64,000 nt of DNA, from assembly GCA_965198175.1 (NCBI GenBank), contig OZ240245.1, forward strand, positions 1,312,001 through 1,376,000, given 5' to 3'. Each line of letters begins with the position of its first letter. Within the stretch, counting starts at the first letter, position 1. Below the pieces are notes generated by a model. It was not told where the DNA came from and searched no databases. It saw only the letters and a program-made list of their open reading frames with translations. Both the position numbers and the translations under genes were made by a program. The DNA is from Candidatus Poribacteria bacterium (GTDB lineage: Bacteria > Poribacteria > WGA-4E > PCPOR2b). Below are positions 10,487 to 20,188 of this stretch, piece after piece.

Positions 10487-10577
10487 TCAAGGAAATTACA
10501 ACTTATTCCTCCTTAAATTTAATGCGAGGCTATCGGGTATCATATCTTGTCTGTAAGGTCAAAGTACGCGCATGAAC

Positions 10578-11693
10578 CTACTCATGGCTGTAGTATTTAT
10601 CCAAGGCGGCCTTATTCCTCAAAACCTGTTGTTGCTGTATCGCATCAACGAATCCCGAAGGTGCGGCACCAATCGGCTTAAAGATGTAAATACGCTCGAC
10701 TTTGGAAGCGGCGTCGTATTGAAAATTGATACCGCTTCTCCAATACCAGTGATTTTTGCCACCGTCTTTAATTTCCTCGGCGGGTCCAAATTCGGTTTCA
10801 ACGCGCTTGTGGGTACTTCTGATACCGTTGCCGCCCAACGTTTTAGCTAAACTTGGCTTGTGGAGAATTGGCCTTATGATATCTCCCTCAAACGGCTTAA
10901 AAATATGCAGACTCATGACATGACCAATGCGATCATTGCTAACGGTTAACCCAATATCCCAATAGTTAAGCCTACCGGCTACGCCACCTACTTCCTCGTC
11001 CGGTTTTCCATACAGCACTTTCACCCTATCAAATTCCTCCCCTAATTCAATGCCAGCAGCTTCCTTCCCTGGCACAATTAGGGAGTGAATTACAATGATG
11101 TCCGCCGGTTTTTCCACCACTTCGTTTATACCATCGTGCACAGTTAACGTAATTGTTGTTGAATTCGCATCAAATGGGACAGTCCATATCGTTGTCGGCA
11201 TATTCGCTGAACTGAGCAACCCCGCCGCTTCCCAGTTGTAGGTCAGCGTATCTCCATCTACATCATCAGTTATCGCTTCAAGTTGTATACGTGCGCCCGC
11301 ATTAACCTTGTCCGGGACAAGGATTCGCTTGATAACAGGCGCTGAATTTTGAAGATTTATGGCTATCTTTTTTGACTTAACAGTCGATTGGTTCACACCG
11401 TCATTCGCGTGAACGACGACAACTGCTGATTTCGCATTCGTGGGGGCTGTCCATTTCACGATGCGTCCTATACTAGAATCGAGTTTGCCTTCTTTTGCTT
11501 CCCATACATAGCTCAACGCGTCACCGTCCGCATCATGTGCAACAACCTGTAGTTCGACACTGGCACCGGGTTCGACCGGCTCATTTAAAACGACGTGATC
11601 GATTACAGGCGGGCTATTCTGGAGACCGCTCTCATCATCGCCGCAAGCCAATATGGCGATCAAAATAACCGATAGTATGACAATTGCCTTCAT
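10578..11693 (-). CDS. Lipoprotein with two Ig-like (DxDGD) repeats and two short C-terminal alpha/beta repeats
   Basis: ILAC lipobox; NSPPVI..DADGDALSYVW and NSAPVI..DVDGDTLTYNW; AGGAGG RBS. Confidence 0.7.
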   Translation of the reverse strand: MKAIVILSVILIAILACGDDESGLQNSPPVIDHVVLNEPVEPGASVELQVVAHDADGDALSYVWEAKEGKLDSSIGRIVKWTAPTNAKSAVVVVHANDGVNQSTVKSKKIAINLQNSAPVIKRILVPDKVNAGARIQLEAITDDVDGDTLTYNWEAAGLLSSANMPTTIWTVPFDANSTTITLTVHDGINEVVEKPADIIVIHSLIVPGKEAAGIELGEEFDRVKVLYGKPDEEVGGVAGRLNYWDIGLTVSNDRIGHVMSLHIFKPFEGDIIRPILHKPSLAKTLGGNGIRSTHKRVETEFGPAEEIKDGGKNHWYWRSGINFQYDAASKVERIYIFKPIGAAPSGFVDAIQQQQVLRNKAALDKYYSHE

Positions 11694-11857
11694 TGATACT
11701 ATCCTCCTAACGAAAAAGTACCGCTGTCCACGGCGCGAAACCGGAACAGCGTGGGTTTACCGAAATTGTCCGACCAGCTTTTCTTCAATTGGTTTGATGT
11801 AGAGTTACATCTGAAAAAGGCAGCGATTTGGTAAGCCAATTGAATTGATGCCCTCGC

Positions 11858-12403
11858 TTACGATACCGGTGCCGCTTCCCTTTCCATATAACGTTGTTTT
11901 ACTTCCTCAGCAGCCTGACTTCCCGCACGGAAATTTGGCAACTGTTCGATCGAGGCACCTGCCTCAATGAGTGCTTCAGCGGATTCGGCATACCCGAACT
12001 CGATCGCAAGGCACAATGGCTCTCCATCCCCATTTAACCCTTCCACCTTTGCCCCCGCCTCGACAAAGACCCTGACCAGGTCCGCGGCGACTCCGGCATT
12101 GTGAGGATGAACGCTAGTAACGAGGGATACCAAAGGTGTTGTCCCGCTCTTACCATCCAAAAAAGTGGCGTCGATATCGCTCCCCGTGGCAAGCAGAGTC
12201 TTTGCAATCTCCACAGCGTTTGTGGGAGTCCTCTGGCGTTCGTCCTCGACTCCGTTTGCTGATACATAGTGAAGCAAGGTGGCACGATGATTCCTTGCAG
12301 AGCGGGCTTTCGCTAGATCTGGATTGGCAGCAAGCAACTCCGACAACTTCGTAAGTTCGCCAGCGATAATAGCCTCGACTGCGGCCTCAAACATAGCGTT
12401 CAT
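11858..12403 (-). CDS. Ankyrin-repeat protein
   Basis: ATLLHYV, EIAKTLLATGSDID, TTPL, PLCLAIEFGYAESAEALIEAGA. Confidence 0.75.
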   Translation of the reverse strand: MNAMFEAAVEAIIAGELTKLSELLAANPDLAKARSARNHRATLLHYVSANGVEDERQRTPTNAVEIAKTLLATGSDIDATFLDGKSGTTPLVSLVTSVHPHNAGVAADLVRVFVEAGAKVEGLNGDGEPLCLAIEFGYAESAEALIEAGASIEQLPNFRAGSQAAEEVKQRYMEREAAPVS

Positions 12404-12576
12404 CTACCAGTCCTTTCACCCGTAAGATAAATTGTGAATCTCCTGTTGTAAAATTGCAGTTTTGGCATGCTTTAGCATCCATATTTTCCGCATTATATCG
12501 CCTTAAGGCACGTCTTATCCAAGTCCAGGATCGCTGTTAAGAAAAGAATTGACACAAAAATCGTAACTCGCCCAAA

Positions 12577-13227
12577 TCATTCCGCTACCCCTGATTCCTC
12601 TTTTGATATTGCAATCTTAATCAGGGCACCGGCGGCAATAATGAATGCCAAACTAAGTAGGATGACATGCAGTTGAACATCGACTTGGGGAATTAGGAAC
12701 CCAATCGGGAAAGCGACAATTGCAAGTAGAAATAGATATCCTGAAGGACGATTCCAACTTCCAATCAGCGCCCAGCCGTAACATAAGGACATCAGAACAG
12801 CAAAAAATGTACTTGTCCGCGAAAGAGCTTCCCAGAACTCCTCAGAAACGTGATAAATCAACATTGCGGTTTCACGAGAGGGCGGCTTATCGTATAATTC
12901 GCTCAAGGTACGCAGTGGCGCTGTTTGGGAGAGATGGCCGACAATTCCAATGCCAACCCAAAGAAGCGCGAAACCGAGTCCCAGATAGCTGCGCGTCGTC
13001 GCTGCTGTGCTAAGCATCGCAAATAGCGCAATGACCGCTGGCGTAATCAGGATGAGACTGACAACGCTTAATCCGTGTGCGATGCCAACGAGTTTCAAAT
13101 CCGGGGTTCCAAGATACGCCGCCTGCACACGAAACATGAACAGATAACTCGATATGAGCATCAAAATGCCACCGAGCAACCCTGTGATACCACCGACCAG
13201 ATACAGTTCAATAGGTTTGTTCTTCAT
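12577..13227 (-). CDS. Hypothetical integral membrane protein (about 6 TM helices)
   Basis: 216-aa hydrophobic ORF with AGGAGG RBS. Confidence 0.65.
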   Translation of the reverse strand: MKNKPIELYLVGGITGLLGGILMLISSYLFMFRVQAAYLGTPDLKLVGIAHGLSVVSLILITPAVIALFAMLSTAATTRSYLGLGFALLWVGIGIVGHLSQTAPLRTLSELYDKPPSRETAMLIYHVSEEFWEALSRTSTFFAVLMSLCYGWALIGSWNRPSGYLFLLAIVAFPIGFLIPQVDVQLHVILLSLAFIIAAGALIKIAISKEESGVAE

Positions 13228-13432
13228 AATCGGTACCTCCTTTTGAAAAACATGAGTTAACCGGAAACTCGGGAATTAAGAAATGACGGTCCAATAGCTA
13301 AGTTTCATAGCTTCGTCCAACTCCCCCTTATCAAAATCCACTAATTATAGCATCTCTGAAATATGGATGAAAGATGTTTTGAATACTGCCCGTTGCGTAT
13401 TGGACAGCGTAAGTTTTGAAGAATCGAAATGT

Positions 13433-14266
13433 CTACCAGCGTGCCGGACCAGACGGAAACCCGTAAGGTTTGTAGTGACAATCCCTACTCCCCGATGGCC
13501 ATGCCTGACCGCCTATAAACCGAAACTCATCAATTTTCCCAGAGAGCCAGTAAAACATGCGAACAGTCTCTATCGAACCGTAACTTGCCGATTGGAAGTC
13601 AAAGTCCGGATCACGAATCCAATCCCGAACTGGTGGCTCGGTCCGCCAATAGTTGTATTTCAACATATGGCGCACCGCCGATGCCGTTGAGGCTGTGCGA
13701 CGGTGCCATATCGAATAGACTGTGATGAAAATTGACCCCGCGGGTGCAGCGGTTTTGACCCCATCTCGAATAACGCCGTAGTGTTGCATATACCGCGCTG
13801 GCCAGTCGTTAAAATGCGAACCGGGCAATACCTCGGTGGGCCCCAACTCTGGACGTGTATCTTGCGGATAATAGAAGACCTGTAGATAGTTCAACTCCGG
13901 ACCGCACTTTGAACCACCATCCCGATGCCAGCCCTGAGGGGGTGAAGGGCATTCTCCCCGATGCTGGCTCATAAGTATCGGCAAGCCAAAGTTCATCCCA
14001 AGCAATGACCGAACGGCACCCGCCGCTTGGGGATTGAGAATTACGTTCTCAACAAACCAGTCTTCCTTCAGGATTTCGGTTGGTTCATAATAGGTATTTG
14101 CTTCGAGGTACTCTATTGTCCTGCGATTTATCTCGTCTGGCACTACCCCGTTTAACACGAGAAAGCCGTGTGCGCAAAACTGTAAAACTTGCCCGTCTGT
14201 CAGAGTTGGCGCGCAGTCATACGTTCTCTGCGGTATGCTGTACCGCTCCCTGTTTGTTAGTTCCAT
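13433..14266 (-). CDS. PhyH family dioxygenase (paralog of 42278-43210)
   Basis: WHRDG, LQVFYYPQD, GPTEVLPGSH, YSIWHRR. Confidence 0.85.
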   Translation of the reverse strand: MELTNRERYSIPQRTYDCAPTLTDGQVLQFCAHGFLVLNGVVPDEINRRTIEYLEANTYYEPTEILKEDWFVENVILNPQAAGAVRSLLGMNFGLPILMSQHRGECPSPPQGWHRDGGSKCGPELNYLQVFYYPQDTRPELGPTEVLPGSHFNDWPARYMQHYGVIRDGVKTAAPAGSIFITVYSIWHRRTASTASAVRHMLKYNYWRTEPPVRDWIRDPDFDFQSASYGSIETVRMFYWLSGKIDEFRFIGGQAWPSGSRDCHYKPYGFPSGPARW

Positions 14267-14439
14267 GGTTAAATCCTCGTAGAAAAATTTTTGAATTGAG
14301 ATTCATTGTCTTCAGTTTTTGAAAGAGGACAAAAAATCTTGTTTAAGAATTGAGATAACCTCTAAAACCCAGGCAACAATAGCCGATTTTCATTTCGAGG
14401 TCGAAATATTAAGATACAAGAGGAATCCTGCCCTGTCAA

Positions 14440-16380
14440 TCATCTCCGAATCGGGTGCCAAAAGTGGGAATAGGTAGGTGCATCGAGAATAATGCCGATG
14501 ACACTCCAAATTGTCATTGACACGAAATCACCCAGGATTACACCGACAGCCACGGGGATGGTCTTTCGATAAGCACGTAAACCCCCGTATTTCAGAACAA
14601 TGGATTTTACCAGCCATCCAATGAGGAACGGCATCCACAGATAGTTCATTGTGTGATCATTTCCCATAAGATACCCAACCGGGTGCAGGGACCACCATAA
14701 AAAACGCGAACGCATCAAGGCAAGAAACAGGACAACAATGAAACCCTGTGCGACAGTCGCCATGACGGTGTAATTCACGCCGCTCGGGTAGACCAGCCAA
14801 CGCTCTAGAGTACCATAGGTAATCCAGCCGAGATAGGTTCTGCCTTTAGCGGCTCCAAATTCGAAAAGCGTATGAAGCGATGCCCAGAGCCCAGCGGCGA
14901 TAGCTACGCCGACTGCTAAGATGATAGCGGCAAACAACTTCGTGTTGTCGATACCAACGCGTTCGGCGATTTTGAATGCCTCCATTTGGTGCGGCATGGG
15001 ATTGTTCCTGTTTGCGAGGGAAAACCAACGAAGCAGTGCCATCATGCCGAGGTTCTTTGCTCCAAGTCTTCGTGTGCCGAGTGAATAATACAGGAGGTTG
15101 CTCGGTCCGATTTCAGGGTAGTAATGTACCGGCGCCCCCAATTCGGCGCGCAACTTTGTAACGCAGATGGAAACTGCACCGTAGAGCGCGAAGAATAGAA
15201 AAGCCACGCAGAGAGACATCCCGCCCATATAACAGAACCAGATTAGGAACACCAAACCGAATACGACACCTAGAATAGCTAGTCGAAAGGGAATTGGCTC
15301 AGAGTTTTCATCCAATTCGGTGTTTCCCACAAAGACCTTTTTCAAAATCTGAATCAGCCGCTTCCGGCTTGCCCAGATTGCTAGCAAGCAGATCGCCAAA
15401 TAAGCCCCGCCACTGGCTTGGTGATTAAAAGCCAGCCCTGCAGGTATCGCCCATCCCGTGATATATCTGATGACCAACTCAGCTTTCCAAACGAGAAAGA
15501 AAAACCAAGCAGACAGTGAAAGGTCCAACGGACTGAAATAGACTAGGCCAATCATAAAAGGGTAAAAAGAGATGCGCGTCATGCCCATCGCAGTCCACGG
15601 TTTTTCTTGAAACAGATGACCGAAATCGACGTACCAAATGGGAACGTGCGGCACTTGAGGGAAGAAGAAGTAGAGACCATTGAAAATCTGGAAACCTAGC
15701 ACTATGCTGAAGCTTGTCCACATTGTGCGCCGCTTGAAAAACTGTGAGGTATCCTGTGTCATCTCAAGCGGAATCTGAATAATCGGATATGTGAGCCTTT
15801 CGGCGTTAATCCACTGACTTCTGAAGAATACGGTTATAACCGCAAGGGTTGAAACAAGAACGAATGCAAAGAAACCCCAAGTGAGGACAGGGATGATAAT
15901 GCCTCGAATGTGTTCTGCGGTGTATAAGGTAGATTCTCCTGTATAATAGTCCTTGACGACCCTCTCACTGTGAATGATGAGCCATTTGGGCAGATGTGAA
16001 ATGAAGAGGTTTGCCCAGTCGTTCTCAGGCGTAGCATATGCCACCGGATGTCCGATGGAATGAACGAGGGTTTCTATGAACTCTAAACCACAGATGACTG
16101 CTCCAATAGCCATCATCACGTATATAACCATCAATTCACCCTGGCTGAATGCGTGTCGGGGCAGAAATCGTTGCAAGAAGACGTTGAGTATGATTAGAGC
16201 GATTAGCCAGATTACCGCGTTCAGAATTAGCGCGACCGTTGTGGTTTCTGGCGAATAACGGACGATTTCCATGTGGTATATCCAGAAAGCGTTCACGATG
16301 ATGAGCACCACACCAATCAGGGTCGCACGTAATGTTACATGGGAGGATTTTTCTGGGCTAGTGGTCAAATTTTTCCGCAT
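14440..16380 (-). CDS. DUF6785/DUF6784-like polytopic membrane protein (putative peptide/oligomer transporter), tandem copy A
   Basis: Many TM helices; QW..ERLTYPI, KLRAELGAP, PMPHQMEAFK, WWSLHPVGY, LKYGG, GVILGD motifs. Confidence 0.75.
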   Translation of the reverse strand: MRKNLTTSPEKSSHVTLRATLIGVVLIIVNAFWIYHMEIVRYSPETTTVALILNAVIWLIALIILNVFLQRFLPRHAFSQGELMVIYVMMAIGAVICGLEFIETLVHSIGHPVAYATPENDWANLFISHLPKWLIIHSERVVKDYYTGESTLYTAEHIRGIIIPVLTWGFFAFVLVSTLAVITVFFRSQWINAERLTYPIIQIPLEMTQDTSQFFKRRTMWTSFSIVLGFQIFNGLYFFFPQVPHVPIWYVDFGHLFQEKPWTAMGMTRISFYPFMIGLVYFSPLDLSLSAWFFFLVWKAELVIRYITGWAIPAGLAFNHQASGGAYLAICLLAIWASRKRLIQILKKVFVGNTELDENSEPIPFRLAILGVVFGLVFLIWFCYMGGMSLCVAFLFFALYGAVSICVTKLRAELGAPVHYYPEIGPSNLLYYSLGTRRLGAKNLGMMALLRWFSLANRNNPMPHQMEAFKIAERVGIDNTKLFAAIILAVGVAIAAGLWASLHTLFEFGAAKGRTYLGWITYGTLERWLVYPSGVNYTVMATVAQGFIVVLFLALMRSRFLWWSLHPVGYLMGNDHTMNYLWMPFLIGWLVKSIVLKYGGLRAYRKTIPVAVGVILGDFVSMTIWSVIGIILDAPTYSHFWHPIRR

Positions 16381-16566
16381 AATGCGAACTTCCTAATTTT
16401 TCGAAATGACTTGGATGGCGATGCACGACAATTCCAATCTAAGTTTGGGCATGAATAAATCCTTGTACATTTCTCAGAGCTAACACTCCGAAAACTCAAA
16501 CAACTATAGTCGATTTTTATTTCGAGGTCGAAATATTAAGATACAAGAGGAATCCTGCCCTGTCAA

Positions 16567-18495
16567 TCATCTCCGAATCGGGTGCCAAAAGTGGGAATAG
16601 GTGGGTACATTGAGAATAATGCCGATGACACTCCAGATTGTCATTGACACAAAGTCACCCAGGATTACACCGACAGCCACGGGGATGGTCTTCCGATAAG
16701 CGCGCAAACCACCGTATTTTAGCACGATCGATTTGACCAGCCATCCGATGAGAAACGGCATCCATAGATAATTCATTGTGTGATCGTTTGCCATAAGATA
16801 TCCGACCGGGTGCAGCGACCACCATAGAAAACGCGAACGCATCAAGGCAAGAAACAGCACAACAACGAAACCCTGTATGACGGTCGCCATGACTGTGTAA
16901 TTCACTCCGCTCGGATAGACCAGCCAACGCTCCAGAGAACCATAGAAAACCCAACCGAGACCGGTTCTACCTTTAGCGGTTCCAAATTCGAATAGCGTGT
17001 GAAGCGATGCCCAGAGTCCAGCGGCGATTGCTACCCCGACTGCTAAGATGATGGCGGCAAACAACTTCCTGTTGTCGATACCAACGCGTTCGGCGATTTT
17101 GAATGCCTCCATTTGATGCGGCATCGGATTATTCCGGTTGGCGAGCGAAAACCAGCGAAGCAGAGCCATCATGCCGAGGTTCTTTGCTCCAAGTCTTCGT
17201 GTGCCGAGTGAATAATACAGGAGGTTGCTCGGTCCGATTTCAGGGTAGTAATGGACCGGTGCTCCCAACTCGGCGCGTAACTTAGTAACACAGATGGAAA
17301 CTGCGCCGTAGAGCGCGAAGAACAGAAAAGCCACCCAGAGAGACATCCCGCCCAAATAACAGAACCAGATTAGGATTACTAAGCCGAATACGACACCTAG
17401 GAAAGCCAGCCGAAAGGGAATTGGTTCAGAACTTTCATCCAATTCTGTCTCTCCCACAAACACCTTTTTCAAAATCTGAATTAGTCGCCTCCGACTCGCC
17501 CAGATTGCTAGCAAGCAGACTGCCAGATAGGCGCCGCCGCTAGCTTGGTGATTGAGAGCCATCCCAGCAGGTATCACCCAGCCCATCATATACCTGACGA
17601 CCAACTCGGCTTTCCAAACGATGAAGAAAAACCAAGCGGACATGGAAAGGTCTAACGGACTGAAATAGATTAGACCGATCATAAAGGGGTAAAAGGAGAT
17701 GCGTGTCATACCCATCGCAGTCCACGGTTTTTCTCGAAACAGATGACCGAAATCGACGTACCAAATGGGAACGTGTGGCACCTGAGGGAAGAAGAAATAG
17801 AGACCGTTGAAAATTTGGAAGCCTAGCACAATGCTGAAGCTCGTCCACAACCCACGCCGCTTGAAGAATTGCGAGGTATCCTGTGTCATCGCAAGCGGAA
17901 TCTGAATAATCGGATATGTGAGTCTTTCCGCGTGGATCCATTGATTTCTGAAGAACACGGTTATGACGGCAAGCGTCGATACAAGAACGAATGCAAAGAA
18001 CCCCCAAGTGAGGACAGGAATGATAATACCTCGAATGTGTTCGGCGGTGTATAAAGTAGATTCTCCTGTATAATAATCCTTGACGACTCTCTCACTGTGA
18101 ATGATGAGCCATTTGGGAAGATGTGGCAAAAACAGGTTTGCCCAGTCGTTTTCAGGCGTAGCATACGCCACCGGATGCCCGATGGAATGAACGAGGGTTT
18201 CTATGAACTCTAACCCGCAGATGGCTGCTCCAATCGCCATCATCACGTATATAACCATCAATTCGCCCTGGCTGAAGGCGTATCGGGGCAGAAATCGTTG
18301 CAAGAAAACGTTCAGTATGATTAGAGCGATTAGCCAGATTACCGCGTTCAGGATAAGCGCGACTGTTGTGGTTTCCGGTGAATAGCGAACGATTTCCATA
18401 TGGTAAATCCAGAAAGCGTTCACAATGATGAGCACCACCCCAATCAGGGTCGCACGTAATGTTACCTCGGAGGATTTTGCTGCGTTCGCGGTCAA
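16567..18495 (-). CDS. DUF6785/DUF6784-like polytopic membrane protein, tandem copy B (ancestral ATG is ATA at 18505-18507)
   Basis: Colinear and highly similar to copy A; first canonical start is TTG at 18495. Confidence 0.75.
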   Translation of the reverse strand: MTANAAKSSEVTLRATLIGVVLIIVNAFWIYHMEIVRYSPETTTVALILNAVIWLIALIILNVFLQRFLPRYAFSQGELMVIYVMMAIGAAICGLEFIETLVHSIGHPVAYATPENDWANLFLPHLPKWLIIHSERVVKDYYTGESTLYTAEHIRGIIIPVLTWGFFAFVLVSTLAVITVFFRNQWIHAERLTYPIIQIPLAMTQDTSQFFKRRGLWTSFSIVLGFQIFNGLYFFFPQVPHVPIWYVDFGHLFREKPWTAMGMTRISFYPFMIGLIYFSPLDLSMSAWFFFIVWKAELVVRYMMGWVIPAGMALNHQASGGAYLAVCLLAIWASRRRLIQILKKVFVGETELDESSEPIPFRLAFLGVVFGLVILIWFCYLGGMSLWVAFLFFALYGAVSICVTKLRAELGAPVHYYPEIGPSNLLYYSLGTRRLGAKNLGMMALLRWFSLANRNNPMPHQMEAFKIAERVGIDNRKLFAAIILAVGVAIAAGLWASLHTLFEFGTAKGRTGLGWVFYGSLERWLVYPSGVNYTVMATVIQGFVVVLFLALMRSRFLWWSLHPVGYLMANDHTMNYLWMPFLIGWLVKSIVLKYGGLRAYRKTIPVAVGVILGDFVSMTIWSVIGIILNVPTYSHFWHPIRR

Positions 18496-18643
18496 ATTTT
18501 TCCGTATAATGCGAACTTCCTATTGTTTCGAAATGGCTCGGATGGCGATGCGCGACAGTTTCCATCTGAGTTGAAGTATCAATTAATCTGTGTACATTTT
18601 CAGGGACTTAATTCCCTTCAAACGACGGCATAAAATCTTGCTC

Positions 18644-19564
18644 TTAGCAGACGGCGACAGGATTGCCAAATGAGCCAGTTGCCCCTTTGATGGGGATCGG
18701 CGCGAAAAAGAACGCAAATTCATAGACCGTGTCGCGAATCAGTTCAGTGGTGTTCAGGTTTTCCAAAAGATAGATACCATTCACTGTGATAAATATTTGA
18801 TGGACAGGACAAAAGGCGTCATGTTCTTTGGTTGGCAAGACTTCAATACCCCAATTGTCCGATCCAACGAGCGTAATCTGCTTTTGGACAAGGAAGTGGG
18901 CGGCAGAAACGCCAAGTCCGGGTTCTCCACTCAGATAACCGTGTTCTGAATCGTTATCCCGCCAGCGGCTGCCCCAGCCGGTGTGAATTAGGACCACATC
19001 CCCGGAACGGATTTCGAGATTCTGTTTCTGCAGCGCGTGTTTCAAATCTTGATCGGTGATTTCATAATCTTTTTCGAGCGCGGTCTTTCCCTTGAGGTAC
19101 GGAATGTCGAGTAAGATTCCACGGGTGAAAAATACTCCTACTTGTTCGATGCCCAGTTTCGTCACTCCTTCGGAAGTAAAAAATTCGCGTCGATTGAATC
19201 CGTTATAGAAGGTATCTCCAATCCCAACATGAACCAGAGCGTCCATGTGCGTTCCGACATGAATGTTAGCAATCTCCAACTTTTCATGAAAACCTGTTGA
19301 GTTGTTTATACCTTGTGGGGGTGATGTTGGGGGGATTGGAATTTGTAACTCCCACTGCCATGGCATGCCCTTTTCGTACATCCGACCGAGCTTATAGATT
19401 TTTCCATCTTTGATTAAGCGGACGGATTCCAGTACTTTTTCTGAGGTCATCATGTTAGCTGCGCCACGCTCATCATCGTAGCCCCATTTTGATGAGCCGC
19501 GTTCAGGCCCCTTGGGGGGTGAGTACGAACAACCACTTGATTCTGAAAACCCCGGTTTTTCCAT
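18644..19564 (-). CDS. Cyclase family metal-dependent hydrolase (kynurenine formamidase-like)
   Basis: WGYDDERGAAN, HVGTHMDALVH, GDVVLIHTGW, GSDNWGIE, GATGSFGNPVA. Confidence 0.85.
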   Translation of the reverse strand: MEKPGFSESSGCSYSPPKGPERGSSKWGYDDERGAANMMTSEKVLESVRLIKDGKIYKLGRMYEKGMPWQWELQIPIPPTSPPQGINNSTGFHEKLEIANIHVGTHMDALVHVGIGDTFYNGFNRREFFTSEGVTKLGIEQVGVFFTRGILLDIPYLKGKTALEKDYEITDQDLKHALQKQNLEIRSGDVVLIHTGWGSRWRDNDSEHGYLSGEPGLGVSAAHFLVQKQITLVGSDNWGIEVLPTKEHDAFCPVHQIFITVNGIYLLENLNTTELIRDTVYEFAFFFAPIPIKGATGSFGNPVAVC

Positions 19565-19914
19565 TTCAATCTCCTTTCGATTTTGGGTGTTTGGACTTTC
19601 TTTCTGAACGATACGCTTGCCGCTCGAATAGTGTTATAATCGGATAGTATCTCGATTCGGCCGAGGGGCTTGAAGCGATTCTGTATAACGGTTTAGCGAT
19701 TTTGGCGCTTGACGTTGCCACTCAGTATCGGTAGTAAACTATGTTTCTTATTGTATTAGATTTGGGCTATTTATTCAACTGAATTATACAGCAAATCGCA
19801 GTATCGCTACTCATGCCCCTAACAAGTCTTTGACGGCAAGCCTGTGATTTTTGAACTTCGATTAGCCGATGTGCCTGACATGGTTGGTAGTGTGAGTCAG
19901 GAAAGTTATGCTAC

Positions 19915-19943
19915 TTGACATCTACCGAGAAACTATGTAGAAT
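19915..19943 (+). promoter_or_regulatory. sigma70-type promoter upstream of TolB-like gene
   Basis: TTGACA-N17-TAGAAT about 245 nt before ATG 20189. Confidence 0.6.
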
Positions 19944-20188
19944 AGTCCAACCATTTCCGATTTAATCAGCGGGGTAATGCTATCTGAATCTAGTGATTCC
20001 GGAAGTGGAGAGATTCCAACGTAGGTGGTTTCGTTAATACGAGGGGCGCATTCGACCCCTATTAAAGGTTTAGGCGTCCTGCACATGTTCTTTCAAACCC
20101 AATCAATCCTGAATGAAAACTGAGACACCAAGAAGATGTCCGGAAATAAACTGACGATTTCAAACTTACCAAAGTGAGGTGACAATCA

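Larger units (their letters stand above)
14360..18605. repeat. Direct tandem duplication, unit about 2.12 kb including 5' and 3' flanks
   Basis: About 14360-16480 aligns by eye with about 16490-18605, including the non-coding TTTCGAGGTCGAAATATTAAGATACAAGAGGAATCCTGCCCTGTCAA and TAATGCGAACTTCCTA. Confidence 0.9.

Noticed and set aside
14440..18495. Diversity-generating retroelement template/variable repeat
   Set aside because: Differences are not adenine-specific, span the whole gene, and no reverse transcriptase is present.
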